From assembly GCA_965603825.1 (NCBI GenBank), contig CBFDEM010000046.1, forward strand, positions 620,001 through 684,000: a stretch of DNA of 64,000 bases. Reading direction: 5' to 3'. How positions within the stretch are numbered: position 1 is the first letter of the stretch; the number at the start of each line of letters is the position of its first letter. Of the stretch, positions 12,254-23,654 are shown one piece after another. The stretch is from Blepharisma stoltei ATCC 30299 (taxonomy: Eukaryota > Protista > Ciliophora). A program made the position numbers and the translations under genes. The notes under the pieces were generated by a model. That model was not told where the DNA came from and did not search any database. It saw nothing but the letters and a program-made list of their open reading frames with translations.

Positions 12254-14287
12254 TTATTCTATAATTTCAGCTAGTTTTTCATAAAGGATCTTCATATATT
12301 TTTCTCTCAATTCTTCTGGTAAAGTTTGGATACTTCTTAAAGCTTCTTGAGCTCTATTCATATCAGCTTCTATAACTGCCATCTTGACGTTGAAAGTTTT
12401 TAAGTATTTCTGCACCTTGAAAATATTATTTTTTATCTCTTGATAGCTAAATATTCTTTACTAGTCTGTCTCTTTAACTTCATCCTCTTTCGGAGGCTTT
12501 GGTGGTGTATATACAGGTGGAAGCCTATTAGATTTCCTCAACACATCTTCAGCTTTCTCTTTTGCCGCCTTTATTTTCCTCTCCCTTTCATTCGCAATAT
12601 ACTTCAAATGCTTCAAATCTTCCCTAAACTCTGCAAAAACATCAAGGAAATCCATCCTAGAAATAACCAAAAGCTCGGTCGTCCCATAGGACCTGACATT
12701 CATTTTCCTGATCGGCTTCTTTTTCAATATCTCTATTTCCCCAAAATACGACCCTTTTAAAAAACTTTTATAAGCCAAATTACTAGGACGCAGGACAAGG
12801 TTAAGTTTCCCTTTAATAATAAAAACAACCTCTCCTGCATAATTTCCTTCACAATATAAAAATTCTTCATTAGAAAGCTTCATTGGCTTTAGCAGAGGCA
12901 TAAAAGAAATCACAAAGGCTTTGTCTTTATCAGAAAAAAATTGGATTTCTCTAGCAGCACCATCATACATAGACAGACAGATTTCGTACCTTAAGTCTTT
13001 TCCCAGTTCTTGTAACAGTCCATGCTTATCAGCCCATATATTCCCTGATTTAGAGGTGTTGAATTTTATAGCGCGTCTTATTTTCTGCTTACATTCGTCA
13101 GAAATTCCTGTTGATTTTGAAAATTCATGAATGGCGCCTAGCTTGGCTTCTAGGACTGAATTTTTGGTGTCAATGTCAGCAAAACAGGACGCTAAAGAAC
13201 CAATTGTGACGGAATAAAAACCAATACCTACAAACATTCAAGCCATTGATACGCATTGCTCGACAGGAGAATAAGCGTGGATATCGCCATATCCGACTGT
13301 TGTTACTGTTACTAAAGCTCAGTATACAGAGTTTAAATATTGCTGGAAAACTGGGGTATTTATCATATTTCTTTCAAAAACCCAACTATCATAAGGAAAA
13401 TCCTGGAAATTGTCGATCATAAACCAGATGCAGCCCATAATATGGACCATAACACAGACAGAAACCACGAATTTTGTTAGCTTGAACATTCTGGAGTTCA
13501 TTTGTAAAAAGTCTTGGGCTTTTTCAATCAGTAAATTGTTCTTGTAATGTTTCATGACTTTTGCCATTCTTGTGGCTCTGATTATCTTATAAAGCCTTGG
13601 AAGTCTGGCGATTCTCATATAATGGTTAGTGCTGCCATGGGATTTTGACTCTACAACATAGCTTACTAAAGTAAAAGGTAAACTTGTAGTTATATCAAAC
13701 CAAAACCAGCCTGTTAAATAATTTTTAGCGTTTTTCTTAAATGACTTTTCAATTGTTCCATCCGCTCTATACGCAGCACTTAAAAGGTTCACAAAAATGT
13801 CAATCTCGAAAGCGCTGTCTATGATTAGTTCCATTATAGATAGCCAATCTCAGAAGTAAACATCTATAAATGCCAAATAAAAAGGGGTTACAATTGCAGT
13901 ATATAGTAGCAGCAAAAATAAAAAAGCATCCCAATTTTTTTTTCATAGAGATTTAGGGTGAATTAAATATTTTGGAAATTTGGTTGTGCTCGTTTTCAGC
14001 TTTTCTACCCTTCTAATAGTATCCCCACGTAAAGAATATAGAATCTGGTCAGCGTTTGACTTAAAGCTGCTGATTGTCTCAGTAAGCGTGCTTGAAGTCC
14101 CAAAAACCAAAATTTCTTCATTCATATAATTGATCATTTTCCTTATTTTAATTTTTCACATCGCTCTTCTCCAAACATCGTGGTAACTAAGTCTTCTGCT
14201 GTGGCTTTCTCCATTATAGCTGCTGGCTTCTTCTGATCCTCTGCGCGCTGTTGGCTTTTCTGAATTTGTCAAAGCTTGATTTTTCAT
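12254..14287 (-). CDS. Cyclic-nucleotide-binding (EAG/CNG-type) potassium channel
   Basis: Fragments join via TGA=W: IHPKSLWKKNWD S1, RIARLPRLYK S4, YWALVTVTTVGYGDI pore, cNMP-binding GSYFGEIEI. A 15-nt intron at 12447-12461 extends the C-terminus to TAA at 12254. Confidence 0.92.
12447..12461 (-). other. 15-nt spliceosomal intron
   Basis: GTAAAGAATATTTAG; removal converts TA|G into TAC and opens 63 more sense codons. Confidence 0.8.
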
Positions 14288-14353
14288 TAAGAAAATGAGT
14301 AAATAAATATAGGACATTTTTAAAAGACAGAATATCCGTTATATAATATAATT

Positions 14354-15619
14354 ATGTCAAGTCTGCTGCCTAGAAGAGTCGTCATTACAGGTTTAGGACT
14401 TGTCACCCCCCTAGGAGCTAATGTTAACGATACTTTTTCCAACCTCCTTGAGAAAAAGAGTGGCTTACGAATGGTAACCCCAAAAGATCTTGAGTTTTCA
14501 GACCAGCTATCAGTGAAAACTGTAGGGTTTTTGGATTCCTGGGACAAGGAAGGCTGGGTTAAGAAAGTCGCTGTCATTAAATCCGTTTATCATGCCCTTG
14601 GATTTAACTGTGCTACAGATGCTCTTATAGACAGTGCTTGGAGCCCAAAAACAGAACAAGAAATCACAAGGACTGGCGTTATGTATGGAAGCCCCAGAAC
14701 AAGCTCGCCTGATATAAGTATTGCTCAAAGAGAGGTTGTTAAGCATGGTTATATCAGACTTGACCGTTTAATCTTAGCAAAACTAATCCCAAGCATGATT
14801 GTAGGCACCATTTCTATCCCTCGTCATATTTGTGGTTTCGCTAATTCTTTTTGTTCAGGAAACTGCACTGGTGCTCATGCAGTTGGGGACACTTATAGGA
14901 CTATAGGAGTAGGTGATGCTGACATCGTTATAGCAGGAGCTGCTGAACATGACCATGATGCTGTCGTAATTGATGCTCTTACCAAAGGCAGTTATGGCTA
15001 CAATCTTAACGCTGACGAAAACCCTTCTGCCGCAGTAAAACCATTCGACACACACCGTAATGGTTGGGTTTACAGCATAGGAGGAAGTGCCTTGATTCTT
15101 GAAGACCTTGAACATGCCTTAAACAGGGGTGCCAAAATTTACGCAGAAATGGCAGGTTATTCTATGCTATCTGAAGCAGGCACACAAACTGCAAGAGAAG
15201 GAAACGGCATTTATAGGTCTATGAAAAGAGCTATAGAGCAGGCTGGGCTTAATAAGGACCAAATTGATGCTGTTTTTGCAGGTGCGTCAGGAAATTTTGA
15301 ATGGGACGAAGGAGAGGCTGCTGCTATTTTGAAACTTTTTGGGGAGAAAGGACCAGCAGTAACTTCAACCAAAGGAGGTATTGGACATATGCAAGGCACT
15401 AGTAGTGCATTAGATTTGGCAATTGCAGCTCTTTCAATGCAGAGAGGAGTTATTCCACCTATTACAAATCTTGAAAACCCACTCAGCGTCCAAGGGAAAA
15501 GACCTGACTTTGTGACAGCCGCAAGGGAAAAAAGAATCAAAGCTATTGTAGCGAACTCTATTAATTATGATGGGACTGGGTACTGCTCAGTAGTTCTTAA
15601 AGCATTCGAAGGGAGATAA
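14354..15619 (+). CDS. FabF/OXSM-family ketosynthase homolog with degenerate active site (CLF-like)
   Basis: RRVVITGLGLVTPLG, PFD..RNG, LILEDLEHA..RGAKIYAE and STKG.IGH motifs are present; the catalytic Cys position is Asn170 and the first His position is Gly310. Confidence 0.9.
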   Translation: MSSLLPRRVVITGLGLVTPLGANVNDTFSNLLEKKSGLRMVTPKDLEFSDQLSVKTVGFLDSWDKEGWVKKVAVIKSVYHALGFNCATDALIDSAWSPKTEQEITRTGVMYGSPRTSSPDISIAQREVVKHGYIRLDRLILAKLIPSMIVGTISIPRHICGFANSFCSGNCTGAHAVGDTYRTIGVGDADIVIAGAAEHDHDAVVIDALTKGSYGYNLNADENPSAAVKPFDTHRNGWVYSIGGSALILEDLEHALNRGAKIYAEMAGYSMLSEAGTQTAREGNGIYRSMKRAIEQAGLNKDQIDAVFAGASGNFEWDEGEAAAILKLFGEKGPAVTSTKGGIGHMQGTSSALDLAIAALSMQRGVIPPITNLENPLSVQGKRPDFVTAAREKRIKAIVANSINYDGTGYCSVVLKAFEGR

Positions 15620-15691
15620 ATTTAATATAAACAGATAAAAATTAAATAAAAAACAAGATGAAAGCCTTATGAAATTTATTTAAAACAAAAA

Positions 15692-17473
15692 ATGTCACTT
15701 CAAGATTTCGAACAGCTTAAAAAACTAGGAGACGGTGCCTTTGGGAATGTTTTCAAAGTAAGGCGCACTTCTGACGGACAAATATACGCCTTGAAAAAAG
15801 TCAGACTTGGCCCTTTAAAACCTAAAGAAAAAGAAAACGCTTTAAATGAGGTAAGGATTATGGCTTCTTATAATCATCCAAACATCATTGCATTCAAAGA
15901 AGCTTTTATTGATGAAGCTTCCAATACCTTGTGTATAGTCATGGAACTTGCAGAAGGTGGGGATATTTTAAAAAGAATTGAGGCTCATAAGGCAAATAGG
16001 TCACGATATCTTGAAAAAGATATATGAGACGCATTAATTCAAACAACGAGAGGGCTTAAAGCACTCCATGACCTAAATATTCTCCATAGAGATTTAAAAT
16101 GTGCAAATATATTTGTAGGGACAGATGGGACTTATAAGTTAGGAGATTTGAATGTTTCAAAAGTAAACAAAGGAGGAATGGCGTCCACACAGACAGGGAC
16201 ACCTTATTATGCAAGCCCTGAGGTGTGGAAAGACCAGCCTTATAACTCAAGCTCAGACATTTGGTCGCTAGGCTGCGTTATTTATGAAATGGCTGCACTT
16301 AATCCTCCATTTATGGGAAATGACATGAAGGCACTTTATAACAGAATTATAAGAGGAGTTTACCCTAATATTCCTCCTAACTATAGCCAAGATTTATCAA
16401 ATGTAATAAAAGCTATGCTGCAGGTTAACCCAGCACAGAGACCGTCATGTGCTCAAATTTTGGAAAATCCTTATGTTTTACGACATTTAAATCAAGCCCC
16501 AGTAGAAGAAGTAAGCCATGAGAATCCTGATTTGTTAGGCACAATTAAGTTTGAGCCTAATTTTCATAGACTGAATAATAAGCTGCCTGAGGCGAATTAT
16601 GAGAAAAAAGAAAGGGTCTTAAGTGCGAGGCCAATAGCGGAAGAAGATATAGATGAAATGCCGCAGAAGCCAAGAGTTATTTCGAGCGCAAAAGGACCTA
16701 GGCCTATGCCGAGTGAAGCTCAAAAGAAAATTGATGCTTCTAGGAATCCTTCTCAGCCATCATTAAATCAAATCCCAGAAAGTAGAGCGGTCCAAGGACC
16801 TAATTATCGTCCTGCAGTCCCAGTAAAAAATCCAATACCACAGCCTAAAGCAAAAGTCCAAAGTCCTAACGTCCCTGCTAAAGCACCTGTTCAAAATCCT
16901 AGTGTCCCTTATAAGCCAGTTGTTCAAAGCCCTAATATTCCACCAAAGCAAAATATTCAAAATCCCAATATTCCTCCTAAACCTGCTGTTAGTCCTAATA
17001 TTCAGCCTGCCAAAGCTCCTTTCCAAAATATTCAGCCTGCCAAAGCTCCAATCCAAAATCCAAATATTCAGCCTACCAAAGCCCCAATCCAAGGTCCAAA
17101 TTTTCAACCATCTCGGCCTGCTCAGAATAATCAGCCTCCTCAAGGCAAAATAGTCCAAAATTATCAGCCAAAATATCCGCAGCCTCAACAAAATATTCCA
17201 CAAAGGGTTGACCCTCGAAATAACGCCAAGCCAGACACCCGTGGAGGCTTAAGAGAAGAAAACAAGCAGCCAGGGCAGCCTCGAAACCTATCAGTCCCAA
17301 GTGTCCCAGTCAGCAAAGTCGCCCTGAATGATGTCGGGACTCCCAAACAAAGCCAAAGTCCAGACTACAGGAACCAATTAAAAGCCCAATACGACAGAGT
17401 CCCAAACGCAATAAACCCCAAAAACGCCCCAGTAAAAAAATATGAAGCCGTTAAGCCTGTATGGTGGGGTTAA
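15692..17473 (+). CDS. NIMA-related (NEK) Ser/Thr kinase with Pro/Gln-rich tail
   Basis: GDGAFG, YALKKV, EKDI-W(TGA 16025)-DALIQ, HRDLKCANIF, GDLNVSK, GTPYYASPEVW. Confidence 0.95.
16816..17110 (+). repeat. Degenerate coding tandem repeat (PAKAPxQNPN(I/V)(Q)P)
   Basis: About eight 27-39-bp units, e.g. aatattcagcctgccaaagctcc occurs twice. Confidence 0.75.
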
Positions 17474-17517
17474 AATCCTAATTATAAACTTTTCAAAATG
17501 ATTAAAATTAATAAATA

Positions 17518-18564
17518 ATGCTCCTGTTTTTATTTATTGGAGTTGCTGCATTTCCAGAATTATCTCTAAAGACAGAGGCAAACCTCCAAAGCCTGAACTG
17601 CCAAAAGTACATCTGTGGAGGCACAAAGCCAATGAACCCAAATACCTGCATTTATTATGGTGGAGAAGCATATTATTTGCAAGAATGCACAAATTCTCCA
17701 AACCTGTATTGTCCAGCGGTGTTTAATTTACTTAACCAGACATGCACAGTGCCTCCATCTCCGACTTCCCAAACGGCTTATCCAGGAGAATACTGTGAAG
17801 ATGATTCCTGGTGCTTATATGGGACCTGTAAAGGAGGTCTTTGTTATGGACAGGAATATGGGAGTAATTGTCAAAGCCATGGAGAATGTAATAAAGGCTT
17901 ACGGTGTAGTAATGGTAAATGTGTAAATCAAATCGCGGTAAACCAAACTGGCTGTGTAAATGATTATGACTGTGTCAATAATGCCGGGTGCGATATTAAC
18001 ACCTGCAGAGAATATTACAGTGTCGCGAATGGAGACTGGGTCGACATGTGTGAGAACTCTCAATCACAAATTTGTGGCAGCGGCTTTTGTGTGTATGGGC
18101 TTTGCCAGCCAGCTATTAAAAATTCTCAAAAATTGCCTCAAACTTGTTATTCGAATTCTGACTGTGTTTCTCATGAGTTGGCAAGCCAAGGAATCACACT
18201 TTATACAACTTGTCAATGCGGTTATGGGCGGAATGCCTTATCTTATTGCACTTTATTCCCAGGGGATGATCCTTTCCAAGATTTAATGAAAATTTATAAA
18301 AAATGAATTTCAAGCAAAGATGCGTTAAACTGTAACACTGCCAGAAGGTGGAGCACAGGGTGTGTCAAAACAATGCTGGGGGATAATGCAGCTGAAGAAT
18401 TTGACTATTACTCTTATAAAGTAACTTATTTCCCACAAGTCCAAAAAGTTGATGAATGTGCGCTAGATATAATATTCCCAGCTTATAGTGCTGAAGTCAG
18501 TGATAGAAATAGCAGCGGTTTGTGGATTTGTATTGGGATGGCGTTATATGGAGCTCTCATATAA
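17518..18564 (+). CDS. Cys-rich secreted, probably GPI-anchored surface protein
   Basis: Signal peptide, many Cys, YPGEYC and CxCGxxxxxxSYCxxxPGD motifs shared with 36033/38199; KKW(TGA) joins ORF 18373; hydrophobic C-terminus. Confidence 0.85.
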
Positions 18565-18754
18565 TTTGGACTAATTTTATTAGATTTAAGAGGTTTTATA
18601 AATTATCAAAATGGACGATTAACTAATAGCGACAGAAAGCATTGCTAATTTAAAGAAATTATGATTATGAGAAATCGGGAAAGTATATCATAATAAATTT
18701 CTTTATCCAAATAACCTGACATATTTAGTTAGTAATAAAAATTTTGTTCCATTA

Positions 18755-19132
18755 ATGCCGAAGGCTGTAAATCAACCAATTTCAATCCTCAAGAAAAACT
18801 CAAAACCCAAAGCATTTCTGCCTCAGATTAAGAACAAAGTACATATTCTGCATAAATACGCATCAGAAAACCAATACAAACCAGTTGAAAATGGTTGCCA
18901 AAGCATAAACTGTGAGACAAAATATTTAAGAGCACTTGATTATAAAAATATTCCTAAGCATCTTCAAGCTTATTTAGAAGTTTCCCATAAAAGAAATAAT
19001 GTTAAGCCTGATAAAACTGCCAGCAATAACACTATATCTTTGCATGCTTCTGAGAAATCTAAGGATCCATTAAGTGTATCGAAAAATGAAGACAACAGTC
19101 AGAATGAAGATTTACTTATGGAGTTAGTATAA
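18755..19132 (+). CDS. Hypothetical protein
   Basis: 125-aa ATG..TAA ORF. Confidence 0.55.
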   Translation: MPKAVNQPISILKKNSKPKAFLPQIKNKVHILHKYASENQYKPVENGCQSINCETKYLRALDYKNIPKHLQAYLEVSHKRNNVKPDKTASNNTISLHASEKSKDPLSVSKNEDNSQNEDLLMELV

Positions 19133-19258
19133 GTCATATTGTATGTTTAAAAAAAATAAAAATATATCAGGAAAAACCAAACTTTGACTAATTTAAATTA
19201 AATATGAAATATTTTTTTATTGAAATTGTGATGCTCAGATTTATGAAAAAAGAGGAAT

Positions 19259-19846
19259 TTAGTTTGTTTTACTGTCTTCTAAGGCTATTTTTTCTTCTCT
19301 TTTCTTTTTTTCTTCCTTCATAAATTCTATTAATCGTAATCAATATGTATGAAGATATAAAAAGTGGTCTTTAAAAGTATGTGTACTGTATGAAGAATTG
19401 TAGCTTAAAGCACCTTCACATAGCTCATCTAAGGCTTTATTTAGCTCTAAATCTCTTATTTTTAGTGGTGTTCTATGATTTATTTCTTTCCTCATCGCAA
19501 TTAAATCATCAGTTAGCGGATATTCAACATAAGTAACATTTCGCGATTTATATGTGTCAAAGTCTTCTATTGATTTCACTTTATATTGGTATGCTTTATC
19601 TGCATCTCTTTTATATTTATGAAGCAAGTGCTTGCATGTATGGGATAGCATTCTATGGAAAATCAGTCCTTGAGGCTTTGCTTCTTTTAATGGTGATGTA
19701 AAATCAATGCATATATCCAAAGCATTTGCAAAATTATAGGCTAAAATATGGTTGACCCCAGGCAGCATTTGTTTGTGAGGGATTTTTGGAGGGATTGGAG
19801 CATCATGAAGCAAAAATTCACATGTTTTTGCGAGATTAAAAGTCAT
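19259..19846 (-). CDS. Hypothetical protein (195 aa)
   Basis: ORF 19340-19846 reads through TGA (LHTY-W-LRLIEFMKEE) to TAA at 19259. Confidence 0.7.
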
Positions 19847-19872
19847 GATATTTTAATCTAATATTTATTTAC

Positions 19873-21930
19873 CTATGCTCTTTTAAAAGCGTAATTCTCT
19901 GCACCATCAAACTGCCTCTCCCCCAAAATCTCTACCAAATCCTGTGTCAAAATTCTTTCTTTCTCTATCAAAAGCTCTGCAACCCTCATAACTTGGTCTT
20001 TTTTCTCAGAAATAAGCTGCCTTGTCCTTTCCAAGCACCCCCTTACGATTTTTCTAATTTCTTCATCAATCAGTCTCCCAGTGTCCTGGCTGAATGGCTT
20101 GCTGTACCCTCCTCCTTCATACTTATACCCAACAATTCCAAAATTTTCGCACATCCCTAATTTCACTACCATAGATTCTGCGATTTTGGTAGCCTTTTGT
20201 AAATCATCTGAAGCCCCAGTGGTAGGCTCATCAAAAAACAGCTCCTCAGCGGCCCTCCCTCCAAGGATTACACAAATTCTGTCTAGTAATTCTTCTTTAG
20301 AATATAAAGAAATATCTCTTGGCAAGTATTGTGCAAATCCTAAGGCACCTTTGGAACGAGGCAAAATACTGACTTTTAAGATAGGCTCTGCACCTTCTAG
20401 AAACCAGCCAGAAACAGCATGTCCTGCTTCATGGTAAGCGACAAGTTTTTTTTCTTTTGGATTAAGCTTTTTTGATTTTTCAAGTCCTCCGATAACTCTT
20501 TCAGAGGCAACTTCAAAGTCAATTTGGTCTACAGATTCTTTGTCTTTGCGGGCTGCAGTGATTGCGCCTTCATTACAAAGATTGGCAAGCTCAGCGCCGC
20601 TGAAGCCAGGTGTGAGTTCTGCTAGTCTTTTGGCGTATCCGTCTAAAGTCATATCATTGCTTAGCGTGAGAGGCTTTAAATGAATTTTTAGTATCTCTTC
20701 TCTAGCTTCTATATCAGGCAAATTCAGTTCAATACACCTATCAAATCTCCCAGGACGTAGCAAAGCTTCATCTAAAATGTCTTTTCTATTCGTCCCAGCC
20801 ATAACCACAACTGAGCTATCAGTTGGAAACCCATCCATTTCTACAAGCAGCTGGTTCAAGGTGTTATCAGCCTCATCATTACCTCCAAATCTGTCATGTC
20901 TTTTTTTCCCTACCGCATCAATTTCATCAATAAAAATAATTGAAGGCGCCTTTTCTCTCGCCTGCTGGAACAAGTCTCTTACTCGAGAAGCCCCAACCCC
21001 TACATACATCTCCACAAAATCGCTTCCCGAAATAGCGAAAAATGGAACCCCTGCTTCTCCAGCTGTCGCTTTTGCTAATAATGTTTTCCCAGTCCCTGGT
21101 GGTCCTACAAGCAGCGCTCCTTTTGGCATTCTCGCTCCAAGATTTTTGTATTTTTTTGGATTTTTTAAAAATTCCACAAATTCCATGATTTCTTTTTTGG
21201 CTTCATGAAGGCCTGCTACATCTTTAAAGCCGACATCGATTTTTTTGTCAAGTCCATAGACTCTGAAATTTTGTTTTGCCATGCTGAAAATCCCTCCTTT
21301 TCCTGCTGATCCTCCTCCATTCATGTTTTTAAAGTGGTTGCGAAAAGATGCAATAAGAAGTACGAGGAATACAATATTGACAAGGAACCTTGAAGTACTA
21401 ACCCAATCAGACGCACTTTTGTACTCTATCGGGATTCGTGCCATTCTGGAAATCGATATTTGGTCCTGGTACAATTCATGAAGAAAGTCTTGGATGTTTG
21501 CAACTTTGAATATTCCGGCTTTATGACCTTTGCTGTCATAAATATAGATTGTGCAGAGAGAACGGAGAGTACCTTCCATAGGCTGGGACGCAACAAGTTT
21601 TTTGATATTACCAGGTATAAGATAGTTATTAAGAAAGTCATGATAGGTAATGAGGGGTACTGGACGCTGGGTATATAAGTAATAAACGAATAAAGCACCG
21701 CCAAGACCATATGCTAATCTGCGATTATTCTTGAAAAAGCCTTCAAATTGATTGGACCATGGGTTTGATGAAAATTTCATGTTGGATCTGGGTTCTTCTT
21801 CAGGTTTTATTTGCTCTTCAGGTTTAGCTTTTTTGTAAAACTTTTCAAAGCCCCTTGGTGGCTTCTTCTTAGAGAACTCCCTCATCAGTATGCTAACAGG
21901 ATAACTTTTAAGACATTGACGTGCAAACAT
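19873..21930 (-). CDS. AFG3: Mitochondrial m-AAA metalloprotease (AFG3/FtsH family)
   Basis: KKPPRGFEKF N-terminus, two TM segments, FKDVAG, GPPGTGKT, IIFIDEID, LLRPGRFDR, HEAGH, GALGFAQYLP, TTGASDDL. Confidence 0.95.
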   Translation of the reverse strand: MFARQCLKSYPVSILMREFSKKKPPRGFEKFYKKAKPEEQIKPEEEPRSNMKFSSNPWSNQFEGFFKNNRRLAYGLGGALFVYYLYTQRPVPLITYHDFLNNYLIPGNIKKLVASQPMEGTLRSLCTIYIYDSKGHKAGIFKVANIQDFLHELYQDQISISRMARIPIEYKSASDWVSTSRFLVNIVFLVLLIASFRNHFKNMNGGGSAGKGGIFSMAKQNFRVYGLDKKIDVGFKDVAGLHEAKKEIMEFVEFLKNPKKYKNLGARMPKGALLVGPPGTGKTLLAKATAGEAGVPFFAISGSDFVEMYVGVGASRVRDLFQQAREKAPSIIFIDEIDAVGKKRHDRFGGNDEADNTLNQLLVEMDGFPTDSSVVVMAGTNRKDILDEALLRPGRFDRCIELNLPDIEAREEILKIHLKPLTLSNDMTLDGYAKRLAELTPGFSGAELANLCNEGAITAARKDKESVDQIDFEVASERVIGGLEKSKKLNPKEKKLVAYHEAGHAVSGWFLEGAEPILKVSILPRSKGALGFAQYLPRDISLYSKEELLDRICVILGGRAAEELFFDEPTTGASDDLQKATKIAESMVVKLGMCENFGIVGYKYEGGGYSKPFSQDTGRLIDEEIRKIVRGCLERTRQLISEKKDQVMRVAELLIEKERILTQDLVEILGERQFDGAENYAFKRA

Positions 21931-22276
21931 TTATTAATAAAATTCAAGAACTATACTCAATCAATTTTAAAATAAATTATATCAGCCTTATAGACAAATA
22001 TAAACAAATTTTTTGCCTTTGAATTGTAAATAATTCCCAAAATCTTCCCACTTATAAAATAATATTTCTATATCAAATGTCCTTTATCCGGAATCATTCT
22101 ATAGCCGCTTTGCTGACTATAATTTTCTTATTTATATTTTACTAATAAAATTCCTGATGCAAAATTTCAGTCATTTTTAAATAAATGTGGGTAATTATGA
22201 GCTTCTAAATTCCATTTCACATAATTTCTTGATAATAAATACTTTTAAACACCAAAATAAGAATTAAATTCAAAAG

Positions 22277-23654
22277 ATGGAAAAGGAGGCTAAAAGGAGC
22301 AAAATTATTTTCAATGTATCAAGTAATATCTATTTAAGACACGAAATATGAAATAATCAAGCATGTAGGCAGCAATGTTTTTGGGTGGATTCTTTCGAAT
22401 AGTCCTACTGATTCTAATTGAGACCTGTTTTGGACTGATAACTCTGTAATCCCAGATCGCTTATCACGAATGAAGCCGCATCAAAAAATCAATCATTTCC
22501 CTGGGATGTTTGGAATTGCTAGAAAAAACTGTATGGCCAATAACTTAAATAAGATGAGAAATATATTTCCTCATGATTATAATTTTTATCCAAAATCATG
22601 GGTTCTTCCTTCAGATCTCAATGAATTCAAAGCAGAATTACAACAAAGTTCAAAAACTTATATAGTAAAGCCAGAAGCAAGCTCCCAAGGGAGAGGCATT
22701 TATTTAGTTAAAAGACTAGAAGACTTACGAACCCATGAGCACTGTATTGCCCAGCGATATCTTCAAAAACCATTTTTAATCGACGGCCTGAAATTTGACC
22801 TTAGAATTTATGTCCTCCTATCAGCATGTGATCCTTTAAGAATCTTTATCCATGAAGAAGGACTCGCCCGATTTGCCACCGAAGAGTACCAAAACCCTTC
22901 AAGAGGCAATCTCGACGAAATGTTTATGCACCTCACAAATTACGCAGTAAATAAGCACAACCCCAAATTCGTCCAAAATGAAGACCCAGAGCACTGTGAC
23001 ATAGGCCACAAAAGAAGTTTGTCCTCAGTTCTTATTCGGCTTGAAGAAGAAGGCTATGATGTAACTACTCTTTGAGATAGGATTTGTGACATAATTATAA
23101 AAACAATTTGCACGATCCAGCCATCTCTTTCCCATTTTTACAGGTCTTCTCAGCCAGACGACGTCAGCAATGGTATGTGTTTTGAGATTTTAGGCTTCGA
23201 TATAATTTTAGACCACAAATTAAGGCCTTATTTATTAGAAGTAAACCATTCGCCGAGTTTTACGACTGATTCTCAGCTGGATTTTAAGATAAAAGAAAGG
23301 ATTATTAGTGAAGCTTTGAATATTATGAATATTAAAGTGAAAAATAGAAGGGAATATGAGATGATCAGCAAGACGTTGTCAAGCAACAGAATAATTAATA
23401 AAAAATCAAGGCAGGAAAGCTTGGAAGAGAAAAAAGGACTAAGGGATGAGGCGACAAGGAAAAATGATAGGCATAGTGATAAACATTGTGGAGGGTATAT
23501 AAAAATATTTCCAGGAGAAAATGATGATTATTATCAACAATTTCTGGAAGCTGCGAGAGAGCTCTGGTCTGATGTAACTGCGGTAAAACAGAAAAGACAG
23601 ACAGAGACAGCAAGATCGTCAACACCTACTGCGATACGCCCAATTTCCGTTTAA
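22277..23654 (+). CDS. Tubulin polyglutamylase (TTLL6/7/13-like)
   Basis: FNVSNTKYEII after a 16-nt intron; WDLFWTD, QKINHFPGM, YIVKPEASSQGRGI, KFDLRIY, HLTNYAVNK, CFEILGFDI, LLEVNHSPSF; fragments joined by TGA=W. Confidence 0.93.
22323..22338 (+). other. 16-nt spliceosomal intron
   Basis: GTAATATCTATTTAAG; removal restores the frame between ATG 22277 and the TTL domain. Confidence 0.85.

Noticed and set aside
14354-15619. Ketosynthase as bacterial contamination or part of a biosynthetic gene cluster
   Set aside because: Embedded between clearly eukaryotic genes with short AT-rich spacers; no ACP, KS partner or cyclase in the window.
16763-17300. Repeat region as CRISPR array or separate ORFs
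   Set aside because: Degenerate in-frame coding repeats of the NEK tail; no constant repeat/unique spacer structure, and the context is eukaryotic.
19858-19872. 15-nt GTAAATAAATATTAG right after the AFG3 stop as a UTR intron or gene-fusion intron
   Set aside because: It lacks the A at position 10 seen in all supported 15-mers, and its removal does not eliminate the TAG.
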